Source of the DNA: Podarcis melisellensis
Lineage: Eukaryota
Strand: one strand, 5' to 3'
DNA length: 64,000 nt
Assembly: GCA_964234715.1 (NCBI GenBank)
Contig: OZ174281.1
This document shows positions 49,545 to 63,703 of this stretch, piece by piece. The notes under the pieces are model-generated. The model saw nothing but the letters and a program-made list of their open reading frames with translations, was not told the origin of the DNA and made no database searches. Position numbers and translations under genes: made by a program. How positions within the stretch are numbered: the first letter of the stretch is position 1; each line of letters opens with the position of its first letter.

Positions 49545-52500
49545 TTTATTGTTTGTAGTGAGACTCAAGTTGCTGTTTAGTGGCCTGGAAACCTAAACAG
49601 GAAGGAAGGCAGCATATTCGAGGTAAATAAATTAGATGGCACTTTCGTGCAGCTTGCAGCCCTGCATCATAAATAACTGTAGAATCAATAGCAGGCAAGG
49701 AAAAAAAGACCACGTTTTTTCTTTTAAAATGATTTTTTTTTAAGAAACTGCATACATCAGAGACAATTTAAATACCATGCAGTTTCAATATGTACAAAAA
49801 CCCTAGGATGTAGAGATTTAGTTTTAGTGTTTCCTCTAGGTATTTACATTTTGTTCTGGTTTTTACTTTCCCCCCCATACAGCCATAATCTGTTAAATTA
49901 CAATACTGGAAGATCACAGGTTTGACTGTCACCACATTCACTCCTATACAAAGACAAAACTATGTACATACACTTGACTTGGAGAGTAACTGGAAAATGC
50001 ACTGGTTCCAGAACCACTGAGATGCTCAGGCGTACCCTTCCCTTGCTTTTCTGTTCACACAAGAATAAAGTTTGGCTGGATGAACAGGCAGGCGCAGGGA
50101 ACAATTTTCAACCCTGTTTGCCATATGCAGCAACATCATCTGTGCCCTTTTTCAAATCACTACCCTTTGACAGATTTTGAGGGAGGGAGGAAATGGTTTT
50201 TGTCCATGCAGCAAGAGAAATTGCAGCTCTGTGCGAGAGATAACCTTCATCTGCATGTGAATCATAGAGGCATATTTAAGTGAATGCAAAAGTTCACTGC
50301 TCATGCTAGGGGAAATAAATGAGACATCTATGCAACAACCCCTGCTGAAATGAATGGAAGCAGGATGACAGTAAAGCCCATCTCCATAGATTTCAGAGGG
50401 AAAGCGTTGCATTAGGCATTTGTAGTGGAGTGCACACTTCCCGTCACCTGTGATCACTGTGCTAGGGGAACAGCTGAATGGCTCTGCTCCAGGCAAGACA
50501 AGCATTAAGCAGGCTTGAAAAGTAAGCCATTTTTCAAATGAAAGTTTCGCTAGATCCATTTCTATGTTACAGGGGGAAATAAATATCCATTTGTTTAGTG
50601 CTACTTTTTGGAAGTGAATACAGTGCATTGCCTTGATCCAATAATTGGCTTCTTTCTTTGTTTGCATGGTAGGGACACTGGTGTTTTGCACACGCAAGCC
50701 TGCTAGGAACCTGCCTGCCTGCAGAAAGCAAGCAAATTCAATGTTCCATGCAATAGCCCATTGCATGCAAGTAAAGGAAGCCGTTAAGGGTCAGCAGAGT
50801 GGACCCATCTATTTCCAAATGTACCTATGGGCACAACGGCAACACAGTATGTAGTCACTCCCATATATCTTAATGTAGGGCAAGGGGGCATCTTCAAAGA
50901 AGTGCCACTGTACTAGCTCTGGAAGATGCTCCTTTGCACGTGGATAACATTGGGCTGAGCGCTAGGTCTTGAAAAGCTACAAGACTTGTATTGTGAATAG
51001 GCTCCCCAATTGCATGTGTTAAGTGCTAAACTGATGGCCCAGCTCACTTGGAAATTAATGTTGGCAGAAATGTGGGGAAAGACTCAGCATACTTCTTTAA
51101 CCAATTGCATCACAAATCACAGTAAAACCAGAATAAGTGGTTTCACTTGCACAGAATTTGGCAATCTTATTGTTAGGAGGAAATGTTCTACCTTGTCTGG
51201 TTTGTAACCGTAACCATAATCTGTATTTTTAACTGGAAGGCACACAGGGGATAAACCAGCAGGTAAATCGACCCCTAGTGTGTCCTCCAAGCCACTCAGT
51301 ACAGAATGCTGAGCCTTGCCCTGTGCTTCAATGAAGAAAACAGACCCATAACCACACCTTGTGAATCCCCTGGCATCCTACCCCACAAGGTACTGAGGAT
51401 CTGTAATATGTAAAAGCTTTTCACAGCATTGTGCCCACCCACTAGCTGTGGTGCCCAGTGATGGTGGGGAATGCCTTGTCACCCCAGTGTAGCCTCCTCA
51501 GCTAAAAAAAGTGCACCACTAAATAGGCCTGCTTTTATTTGACTCGGGCTGAGGAAGAGAGAGGGCCTTTTCCACGGGGTGAGGAGAAAATGCAGGTTAC
51601 CAAGTGTTCTGTTCAAAAAGAAAAGTTATGCTGCCCTATACAAACTTCTTAACACCAGTGGAAAAGTGTGAGAAGTGAACTTCGCTTGGGAGAGGCATGC
51701 TCAGGGCTCAGCTGCTGAAAGAGAGTGGGGGTTCCTTACCAGGAGGCATCAAATTGGTGGGCTTAGCCAAAGTGCTTTCAAAGACAGGCATCTGGAACGC
51801 TATCCAATGTGCAAGGGTCATCCTATTAACGAGAAGAGCCAATGCCTTAATAACAAAACAAAACAAAAAAACCCCTCCCCAAATCTAATCCAAATGCTTT
51901 GGTTCTCAGTATCATGCTGGGATATTCATGACAACATACTTTGTTATTTACACCAGGTACTGTTCTACACAACAGAAATCCCAGCTAGTAAAAAATAAAC
52001 GTATCCATGCGCACAGAGCAAAATTGACCCTACAATGATCTTGAGCTCCTTTCTTCTCTGCATTGCACACCTTACGGAACCTGCAGCATCTAAGTAAAGT
52101 TGGTGTGCTGTATCAATTTGGTTAACTGGCAGAGCTGCTCTGCCATCCAGCCTCTTTATGCAGGTGTAAATGAAAGCAGGAAGTTACCAAGCAGGGCAAA
52201 AGGCATCCTGACTCGTTCTGTCCGTAAAGGTAATAAGCATGTTACTGAATATCCCTGTAATAATCGGCAACAATTTCAAAACATCACTTTTTGCAGCAAA
52301 GGGGGGAGGGGGGTCACTTGAATGAAAGAGATGGGTGACAAGGAATCTTCTGGGTGTTTCCCTCACAAAACAAATGGGTGACAGCCAGCCAGCCAGCCAA
52401 GAGATCCTCCAGGGATGATTCTTGTGAAGTGTCAAAGATAGGTAGATCCTCTGAGCGGGTCTTGGCCTTCCCCCGCATCTTTCTAAGGTGCTCTCAAACA

Positions 52501-52952
52501 GAAAGAAGTGTTTGCTCAAAGTGTTGACCCAGAAGGATGGTAGGCCTTGTCTGAGCTTTTATCCAGCAGGTCTATGCCCAACACCAACTGCCTTCAGCTT
52601 TCTCTGGAGTCAGATGGGAGATGCTTGAAGGAAGACGGGATGCATTAACGGCTGATCTTGGATGAGGATGGGGAATCCACACAGCAGAGTTTCGAATATG
52701 AGTGCCAACTCCAGGCCCAATTCTTGCCATGGGTGGCTTCGGTTGCTGAAAGTTGTCCCAACATGTCTCATGATGTAGTTCTACCAAGTACAGGAAAACA
52801 CAAGCTTTCCTGTTGTCGTCGTCTTCCTCCTCTTCTTGGTTTTTAAAAAGGCAGTCCAGGAAATTTACATTGTACATTAACAGAGAAGTGAATGGTACCA
52901 GCACTTATGGTTCTTTCCAGATATGTTTTGAAGATGGTGGAGTGCTCAATTT
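49545..52952 (-). other. PHACTR1: Probable long PHACTR1 3'UTR
   Basis: TE-poor stretch after the stop. Minus-strand TGTACATA/TGTAAATA motifs at 49789-49796, 49841-49848 and 49961-49968; minus AATAAA at 49545-49550. End point uncertain. Confidence 0.45.
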
Positions 52953-52968
52953 CTATGGTCTATGAAAC
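52953..52968 (-). CDS. PHACTR1: PHACTR1 last coding exon (16 coding nt)
   Basis: Minus strand ccccttttttaattttag|G TTT CAT AGA CCA TAG = (R)FHRP*, the conserved PHACTR C-terminus; phase matches the previous exon. Confidence 0.93.
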
Positions 52969-54344
52969 CTAAAATTAAAAAAGGGGACAGAGAAGGAAAA
53001 GAAAGTAAATCCAGTTGTGTTTGAATGAGTCAACCAATTTGATGGTTGCATATTTTTTTCCAAACATTCAGAATCATGACAGAGCTTTGGGTCTGAAATA
53101 TCCAATAAAAACCTAATCCCTCAACAGTCCTGCGAACCATGGAGAAGTGAGTTGGGAGTTGCTGTGGGAATGAAGACCTCTCAACAATTCATCCTGATAG
53201 GTGGGATGGCATATAGCAGCCTTCTCCAACCTAGTGCCCACCGGACATTTTGAAGTAAAACTACCATCAGCATGCTGGCTGGGGCAGACGGAAGGTGTAG
53301 TGCAAAGCATCTGTGGGGCACCAGGTTGGGGAAGAACTGGGTAGCAGAAGGACTGCCAGGTTGTCTTCCTGGGAATGTAAGAGGTTAATTCTACCCAAAG
53401 CCACTGTGACTGTCCTAGCTGACTTGCACATTCTAAGAATCCTCAATTATATTCCTCCACCAGAGAGTCATTCATACATAAAACTACCGTGCAACTGTTG
53501 TGTGAACTACACTGCAATATGTCATAAGAGGTTCCCGGGGTCTTTTATTTTACACAGTATTTCACTCTCATAAGAGCTCCTTCATCTGCCACAAGAGAAA
53601 AACAACACATACACATATTAAGTCTGCCCATTACTCATTTCCATAATGGCACAAAGATCTCATTACCTTCCTAATGATTTTATAATAGGGGCTTATTGGG
53701 GGTTTGTGTAAGTGGGATGACTCAACAGCATAAAAATCAAGATGGGGGGGGAATAGGTACAAATAGACATGGAAAACGAGCCCTGGTGGTTTCCTGTCAC
53801 AGGGTTAGGAGGGTAGGATTCTGTGTTCAAATAGATAAGAGGTTTCCCAGTATAACTGGTCCATACACAAACACACTCCATGCAACATTCAATCCTTTGG
53901 TCTGACCCAGCAGGACTCTTCATAAGTTCTTAAATTCTGTGATACAAAGTTGAGTGGTACATCAGCCTTTTCAGAAACAGAAATGTAGACCTTTATTACC
54001 CATCTGGAAAAAATTCCAGGGCTAAACCACCCCCCTTTGCATAATAATAGTAAATATATGTATACACCATTCCTGCCATGTTTTTGCTTCTATGGAAATG
54101 AAGCTGCGAATGTAGTTGCAAATTTCATTGTATACAGCCCAAGGCAAGCCTTACATCTAGTAATACTACAGATCAATAGTATACAAAAAAATTAAATACA
54201 TACCGACAATGAAGGGCTCCTGGAGATTTTTTTTAAACCAAATATTGGTCAGGGCTACATATGGGCCTTATGCTGATGGAGTTTGTACTGGAAATCTGCT
54301 TTTTCAGTAATTTTTAATTATTATTATTTAAAAAAAGCATCTCA

Positions 54345-54554
<210 letters not shown>

Positions 54555-55259
54555 CTAGAGCCACCGCTCGGAATGTGATACGTTACAGCAGCCTGGGTGA
54601 CACTTGGGATGCTCACCTGTCAGTATGTTGTACACCTGGATCCAATACATATTGACTAGAAGCAAGGGCCACGGTCTAATGGGACATTTCTCCCAAGTAT
54701 GCATGCACAGAATTGCTGACTATTTTAAGAAAAGGATAACTATTGTAGCTGCTGTGAACAGGAAGGAAATTAATTCTTTAGATATAAGGGTAGAATTTAG
54801 GGTTAAATCTAGTGAGAGTAAAGCAATTGCCGAATTAGGAGAGATAGATAAAAGACTTTCCCCCAAAAGGCATGGACCATGGTACACTCTCACCAAATAT
54901 GAAAACAGGAACCTTGTGCAGTTTTTGATCTTCAAAATGGCTTGTACTGTAGAAGGCAAAAACTCATGCACTTGTAAATACTGAGTGTGCATTTGACACA
55001 TATGATGGCTGTATTTTATTTCAAAAAGGGGGGGGGGAGAGTTGCATGAGCTTTTGCCTGCTAGCCACAGAAGAAGCCACGAGGCAGAGACATACTTCTT
55101 GAGTTCCCTTGTCCTATGCTGGTGACTTTGGTACTCATTCCTAGTTCTTACACACTGGACTTTGGGAACACAGATCTGCCAAACAAAAATCATCACACCA
55201 ACCAGGAAAAAGACAGATTTAATGGAGATCACTCTGCCCAAAGGTCATCACTACTTAAA

Positions 55260-56260
55260 TCTTACGACCTGGGTCTTTTGCTGCTGAAGACCCAACAACC
55301 TCAGACCACATTTCAATTTCTACTAGAGATTCTTCTACATCAATCTAACAGTGTCAAAAGAATTTTCAAAAGGGGTATATCACATCTTTCAAGACGGAAG
55401 TCAAATCTTGTCCATCAGGAGCACGGGCAAATACCATAGAGCATTAACTGTCTCCTTTTAGTGAAAGCTGTCAGTTTGACTTTCCTCCAAGCTGTGATAA
55501 AGCATCCTCACAAACAGGAATAGACATGCCACTAACTGCAGGAGGACAATCAGGCTGCAAAGATGAACTCTCCGGAAGAGTGCACATGACCTCTTCTTCT
55601 AGCACACAAATGTTGAGTGATTTATAATGTATCTGTGTTATCTCCTGTGCTGCTTATTTTTCACCGTAGGTTCTGTGATGGCAGAAATCCACACAGAATC
55701 AATGGGGGCTTGATAGGCTAGACTGTATCCTGAGAGGCCAGATCTAACTCAGATCTAACCAAGACTGGTGAAAGACTGTGGTTTTTAAGAGGTCTGGGTG
55801 TGGTTTGAAAGGGGTACCATTTTCCATGGAAAAATACCTTTTATTCTACTGTCTCCAGTCAAACAGTTTTGGGAGATAGATGTAAGATAGGTGGTGTGTT
55901 GCAAGAAGGCCTCTTTTTGTAACTCAAGATACTTGGTACATTAAACCAGACATTAAAGAGACCACTGGGACTGAGAATAAAGATTGACAAAACATAGCTA
56001 TCACCTTAAGAAACACAGACCTTATTGTCACTCCATGGTTGAATATGTGGCAAGCCTGAGTGCCACGGTAAGTAAAGACAGAATAATTTCTTATCTCAGT
56101 TCTGTGGTATCCTGTACAGAAACAGCTTGCAAAATCTATTCCTCTGGTGGAATTGCTCAGCAAAAAAATGCATGCAAGTGTTGTCAACAAAGTATTTCTC
56201 AAATAATTACAGGCTTGATTTCCCTCATGCCAGGTTTGGTGATGGTGTAAATGTCCTACA
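55260..56260 (+). pseudogene. Possible highly decayed hAT (ZMYM1-like/TTF-zinc-finger) transposase fossil
   Basis: Collinear weak motifs across frames: DLG..QQPQ (55266), KRIF (55356), RHAT (~55522), WYIKPDIKETTGTEN (55934), DGVNV (56241); many stops and frameshifts. Confidence 0.35.
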
Positions 56261-56771
56261 GATTTTACTGGAATTAATGCAAATTTAAGCAAGTGTAAGC
56301 TAATGTTTGTGATGGGAAAATTAAAGAGACTTGGCAGGGAAAGCACAAAAAATCCAGTTGTAGCTCCATCAAACAGGCATGCTTTAAGAAGCAATTCTTT
56401 TGCAAATTCCTTGTATGAGCTGACTTGAACTGCACCTCCTAGACTATTGTGCAGATCCAACCACAGTCATCCTTTGGTTTTTGCACTTCCCCAAATTTTC
56501 TGATGCAATTTTTGGCTCAACAGCTTATAAAAATGTGTACATCAAGATAAAAACACACTTAAGCATTCGTTCTTTGGGAGAAAAGATGTTAAAAATGCAT
56601 ATTTCAATATGAATTTCTGTGCATTGAAGAAACCATAGATTAATTAACAAATGGGCTTATGCAAATAGACTTATGCAAGGACATTGTGGAGGGTGCTGAT
56701 GAGCTCCCATCATCAGTGACTATGGACCATGCTGGTTGGGGCTGATGAAAATTACAGTCCTACGTTAGCTA

Positions 56772-57224
<453 letters not shown>

Positions 57225-60200
57225 TTAATTTCACACCCACCACTGATTCTTCATAACTCCATCAAATGTTGAGGGAGTCCAAGACAGGGCACCTTGTTAA
57301 AGTGCCTTCTTGGTGGTGGCATCATGGATGTGCAATGTCCACTTTTCAAAAACTAGAGAAAACTTACCTGATATGTCAGACTGTAGAGACACATGGAGGC
57401 AATTAACACTGCTTTCCTTGCTTGCTGTTTATGACTCTGCATTTATTTGATTTCATGGTACTTTTTCCCATAGAAAGTAAGGCTGAAGTATGTTGATTAA
57501 GCTTCCCCAGTTGTTACTTCCAGCACATGCACATTTACTCAGAATTATTGAGGAGGAGTATATGGGGCAGTAGTCAGATATGCTGTTGGTGGCCTACCAA
57601 CTGAAAGAGTGTTTGGCATACAACAATCTTCATTGTACCAAAACAATTATTTCTAATGCAGTAAAAAAAGTAGGACAACAGTGCTCGGAGAGGTCTTCAC
57701 AAATCTGTCATACTTCTGTCATACTGTTAAGTCCGTATATTTAATAGTTGGTGATAGGCATTTACCCAAGAGCAGAGTATGGCTGAAAAGGACTTATATT
57801 CCCCTTGAATGCACTGAACTTTTAATAAAGTAAGCAGAATTACAGGGATTTTCCAAGGGTTGGGGCAACCTGTTGAGATCAGTATGTTACACAAATGCCT
57901 CTCTTAAATTATGTCCAATCAGTTTCATCTTTGCAACCATAGATAAGAGCAGCATTTTTGTTCCATTTGTCAGGAGCTACTCTAATCGCAATTCTGGAAG
58001 AATGCTGCAACCCTAAATTTGATCTTAGGTCCTGTTGATGCTAGGCCTTATCTCTTACAACTATCTAGACTGACTTTAGGTTTAATTTAATTTACATTCA
58101 ATAACAGGGGTGAATTAAGGGCTTTCCTTTCATGGCCATGCCAGTGGATATTCAATGGCAAGCTTTAGGGCTGTCTAAAATAGAATCCTTTCCCCAGCCT
58201 AAAGAAGAGGCGAGAAACCTGAAATGAAATAGCTGAATTCACTTTGCTACTCATGGGAGCATGGCCACTCTACCCAGTAGGACCTTGTAATGCAAATCCA
58301 ACAATGGCCTCATGCTTTATGATCTGATACTGGTGCAGCAGTTGATAACCTAATCTTAAATGTGTTTTTGGACTGGGATGAGGGGACTATGAAGAATATC
58401 ACGCCACTTCTACTAAAACGCTATTAACTGGAAAAGTAGCTGGAAGCTTAAGGACGTCAACAAAATTGGTCCCGGTGATTTAGCAAAAGTGGTTGCTACA
58501 GGGGTTACACAAGCCCCTATTTTCTTTGTAACCCCTGCAGTATTTTTCAGAGATATAGGGTTGTATTAAGGTGAACACAATTCCAGTCGCTTCCCCTTCC
58601 TCCCCTCCCCCTGCAGCTCCCTCTCCTCCCCCTCTCTTCAAAATCTGCTCTAGAACATTGGACCCTCTGCAGGAGATTCTGAGGCCATGCAGGGAGCTGA
58701 AGGGGGAAAGAGAGGAAAGGAAAGCTAGAGTTGTGTGAGTGGAACTCCAGTCGTGCTGAGTTGGATAGAGCCCAAGTCCTTTTAGCTAATGCTATGTCAG
58801 AATGCACATGCAGAAAATTCATTTCACTGTCGGCTGCACACAAAATTCTGCATGCAACAGGCCTCTTGGGTGGGAAACATTTTTCCTGTCTAAGCATTAC
58901 AAAGCGCTTATGAAGCCATGCCTCTTTCAGACATGTGCTGCCTAGAGCAGAGTAATAATTCAACTCTGATAGAGTGAAAGCCCCCAGGCAGGTTATAAAT
59001 ACAACCAGGGACTATAGCTTGTATTTCTCATCCTTCAGTGCATAGGTCACCAAAAATACCCTTGCTGCTGTTTTTTGAACAATGCATCTAGGCCTGCCTG
59101 GAATCTCTGTTTGCCTACCCATTCCTTTGAGCTAGAATCCTAACAGTTGAAAGCATCTCACCAGAGACCAGGGGCACGGAACCTTTTTCAGAGGACTGCA
59201 TTCCCATCTGGGAAATCTTCTGAGGGATACATGTGGTGGGTGGAGCCAAAGGCAAAGGTGGGCGGAGCAATACATGTAAATGTTAGCGTTGTGAAGTAGG
59301 GCTGGTTTGCACACGCCTCTGTCTTTATTCTCCAGCCAGATTCCTGGAGTTCAAGGATATATTCCAGCCAGGCAAAAATACAAGGGAGTGTGGTATAATG
59401 AGAGTCTCAAGGGCCAAGAAGACAGACTTGGAGGGACACACTTGGCCTCCTGCTCCTGAGGTTCCCAACTCTGCCATAAACCAATAAAAGATGGCCGGCA
59501 ATATCCCTGTGTAAGGCTGGCAGATTTTTTTTTTTTGCATCTACAAAACAGTAGCCTCATTCTATGCAGCCTAAGTGCATGTGATCTTGTGCTTCCCCAT
59601 TACACAGTGACAGCTAAATTTGAGTTACAGACATCACTGAACTACAAAGAGGACATTTTTATCTTTGCTGCTGCCGCCGCCACCGCCATCATCATAACTC
59701 CACAATGATTTATTTATTTTGCATGCTGTCCTAAATCAAATAAGCAACAAGTCCCCTGAAACCTGACCCTGGGAATATCAAAGATTGGATTAAAAGCTTG
59801 TGCACTCAAAAGTAAATGTGGAGTTCCACCCTCTCTGCTCATGTGATGTTTCCCCACCACAGCATAAATTAAGGATGAAGTGCCAGCGTTATCACCCAGT
59901 TCAAAGCTTTGGGCTGTTTGTCACAGATTCTGGATGCTATTCAAATGTAGCGTGCCTTTGAAAAACATCATGTTCTTATTTATATTTTTGTGATGACAAG
60001 GGATCAAAAAAGAAGAGCTTGTAAGCTAAATATAGACTTAAAACAATGATTTAGACTGAATAGTGAAGTCATTTTCTACTGTCATCAGCACATTCTGTGT
60101 TTTTAGGGAATAAGAGAAAAGTGATGCTTGAGTACAGGACAGCAGGAACTTTCACACTGATCAGACTCTGGAGCTGAGATGGGCAACTTTAGGACCTGCG

Positions 60201-60691
60201 GGATTATATCTGACCTATTAAGGGTTTCCCCCCAGCCTGGGAACATGACTCATTCATGGACTGATTGCTCCAGGGAGCGATCTTTAGTGGGAGGGATATG
60301 ACCTGTGGGTATTGCTTAGTCCCTGCTCCAGAGGAAACTGAGCTAGGTGAACAAGTCTTAAGAAAGCAAGAGTTCCTTGTCATGAATAATTACAACTGTG
60401 ATTTTAAAGCAATTAACTTGTCTTGTGATGGTTGGGAAAACGCTAACGGAATGAAGGCTTTGAACAGAAAGGAGGAAACACTTAATCTGCTTTGTAAGGA
60501 AATGAGCTCGGGTTCTATCCAGTTATCTTCCTCATCCTGTCCTTCGCCTGACTGAGGCTTTCATCGCCCATCCATATAGGAAGCTTCTGTTATTTTGGGT
60601 TAATGCTTTAGAACGTGATTCGGAGTGAAGATGTCCTATATATACATTGTGGCACAGCTCAAGCTGAACCTGATCCTAAAATTCCCTGTGT

Positions 60692-60968
60692 ACTCCCAGA
60701 GAGGCTCACCTGGCACCTTCGTTACATATCTTTAGCCACCAGGCAAAAACTTTCCTCTACAACCAGGCCTTTGGCTAATTAAACAATCTATATGGCCTTT
60801 TAAATTGGGGTGGGGGTAATTGTTTTTGCTTCTTACTGTGTTGTACATTTTTGGGTTTTTTATATTGTTGTGCATTTATGGGGTTTTTAATATATTGTAA
60901 ACCATCCTGTGATCCTCGAAGGTTGGTATAGAAATTTAATAAATAAAATAAACTATAAATAAATAAAC
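60692..60968 (+). mobile_element. L2 LINE 3' fragment
   Basis: ctcccagagaggctcacctggcacc...caggcaaaaactttcctc...tgtaaaccatcctgtgatc with (TAAA)n tail. Confidence 0.7.
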
Positions 60969-63476
60969 AAGATAAAAAGCAAGCTTGAAAGGAACAGCTA
61001 TGGTTCCTTCAGAATATAGCTAAGCAGGGACTGAAGGCTTGGAGCAAGTACAAGTTACTACTAGGGGCTTAAAACCATAATATTTTCACTGAGCATTAGT
61101 CTGCTCTGTGGCCCTCTGCATATCTGAAGAATTGATTCCACTCCAAATGTAGGGTGTGGCATAGAATTCTGCCCAAGACCAAGATATCTAGAGCAGTGGC
61201 TAGAAGGAATATGGGCAAGAACTGAATCGCAGCAGCAGCTTGTATGCAGGTATTAACAGCGCAGGACACACACAGCAAAGGTCACTTGCACTCTTGCCAA
61301 AGCTAGTGGCATTCGTCCATTTTTTCCATATTATAGCACATGCAAAAACACCAATGAAATGCGTTCTCTCTCAAGCAAGCTCTTGGATGCTTTTACACAG
61401 CTGACATTTTCTCTCTTTCACAGCACTTCCATGTAAGGAACAGACTTAGTTGATGCCTGTGACAATCATGAAAAAACACCCTTGAACTTGACTTTGATTT
61501 CACACCAGTAAATAAGAACAACCCACTGGGGATTTCTGGTGCCTAAGCTTTATGGCACAAATAGGGAGCTGTGCGGGAGAACATTCCTTGGCACAACTCT
61601 CACTCATTTTAACAAAGTGTGTTCAAGAGATGCTCCCAGTGTTTGCTCCGACTGTTCCAGTGAAGCGAGCAGACAGGGTATATTCAGACAATCTCTCACT
61701 GTTTCATTGGCCTCACTTGGCAGTTCTAACTGTATGGCTAGAACTGAGTGTTATACTCCCACAACACCACAGAAGTCCAGAGAAGGAAGGTGGTGATAGT
61801 ACTTGGCTTTCCATGTAGCTGGACCCCATGGGCAATTGGTTGGCCAAATGGCCATATTCACCAAACTAGATAGTACAACAGTTATGATGTGATAAATCAG
61901 TGTTGGTGACCGTTCCAGGTGTTGTTGGACCAAAACTCCCCTCTGCTCCTGCCAGCATAGCCAATGGTCAGGGATGATGGAAGCTGTAGTTCTGCAACAT
62001 CTTGACTGCAATGGGATCCCCACCTCCCCCAAAAAGTAGTAGTCTAAATCTCACCAGAGCTATCTATGCTACTAGAAATAGCATGTCTCATTGGGCAATA
62101 GTGCCAGAGTATAAGATAGCACGTATAGTACCAGGCTCCTATACACTGCACAGAATATATGCAGCCCACTCACTGTGCCTTGGGGTGCCTCTCAACTACA
62201 TTCACCTTGATCTGTTGATCCAGGGAGCAGGCAACAATGCTCTGCCTTTGCTGAAGACAAGTCGGTTTGCCTTCCGGGCCACTAGGTGCAATGCAAGCAC
62301 TCACTGTCTGTGTCATCAGCTGGCTACAGATACCCTCAAATATCCACACCTGTGCTGTAGCTTAAATAAATAAAAGCTGTTCATTTCAAATGTTGATACT
62401 AAGCCAATTTCCAGTCCAATATCTCACAAAGCTGAATTCCCTTGGTTTCCAAAGCAGGGCAGACCAACGTGGGTGGGGCTACCATGCGAAGCCACAGACC
62501 AGGAATATAAAATAACATCCTGTGCAAAGTGTCTGCGAGAAGCATGAAATGTGGTCTGACATGCTGAGAATTTCCTTGGTGTTTCAGCTATTACTATGAC
62601 AACAACTCAGGTGTTGATAATGTCCTGTCGCATTACCCCTTCCCTCTTTGTTGCATCAGCACACCTGTTTCTTGCAGGATTCAGTGTCCAGAGGCAGAGA
62701 ATCCAATTTGTAGCAGCACAAAAACCTCCTGCCTATTTGGGTTTAAGACATGGTGGAGAAGGCCAAGTGTGTCTTAGACGGGGGCCAGGAGTGGCACAGG
62801 GAATTCTGCCCCTTGAAGTTTCTTTGTTTTCGATGAGAAACACAATTTATCCAAATTAACAGCAGCTTCTGTTTTCTCACCTAATCTCCTCCTCCTCTGG
62901 CTGGTCACACCACTCTCAAGATCCCATTATTTCTCACACTCTGCTGCTGCTCTGAGACAACAGGAGGTCAACGAAGAAAATGACTGACCTGCAAACCATT
63001 TGCTAGCATTGTTTTGCTTTATAAATGAAACAGAGGCACAGAGAGAAAGAGATTGCCTTTATGCAGCTGGGGAAATGAAGTTATGCAAATAGGAAGACAA
63101 TAAGCTGCCTTATGTGGACTCAAACCAATGACCCATCTAGCTCATTACTGCCCACACTGCTGGGCAGCAGCTCTCCACAATTTCAGACAGGGTTCTCCAC
63201 CAGCCTACTTGGTGATGCCGGGGGCTGAATCTGGGACCTTCTGTATGCAAAAAAGATGCTCTATCACTGAACTATGGCCCTTACCCATCCTGAAAATGTG
63301 CTCTGGATTTTAGAGGCTTCGGGTTAATGTGCACAGTCAAGCCAAAGTTAAGCACTCCCACTGTCCTCAACAGGATTCTAAGATGCCTAGGGCAGCATTC
63401 AAAGAAAAGTAGTTCCATTAGTGCAAAGACTTGTGGCTGTACAGTGGAACTTCCCCTCCCTCTCCTCTCAATGCAT

Positions 63477-63703
63477 GTGTGGCACAATGGTTAGAGTGCT
63501 GGACTATGACCTGGGAGACCAGGGTTTGAACCCCACACTCAGCCATGAAGTTCACTGGGTGATCTTGGGACAGTCACTGTCTCTTAGCCTAACCTACCTC
63601 TCAGAATTGTTGTGAGGATGAAACAGGGAGAATGAGAACTACGTACACTACTCTGAGATCCTTGGAAGAGAAATGTATATATAAATGTAATAAAGGAAAT
63701 AAA
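63477..63703 (+). mobile_element. MIR-like/Squam3 tRNA-derived SINE, full length
   Basis: A-box tggcacaatggttagagtg, B-box ggtttgaaccc, core gggtgatcttgggacagtcac...ttgtgaggat, A-rich tail. Confidence 0.8.

Noticed and set aside
50152-50766. 204-aa minus-strand ORF
   Set aside because: No recognisable domain; lies in the probable PHACTR1 3'UTR; compatible with a chance ORF.
58547-58963. Acceptor-like site and ORF as the missing upstream PHACTR1 exon
   Set aside because: The translation does not match the expected [20 protein letters not shown] segment. I could not find that exon in the window.
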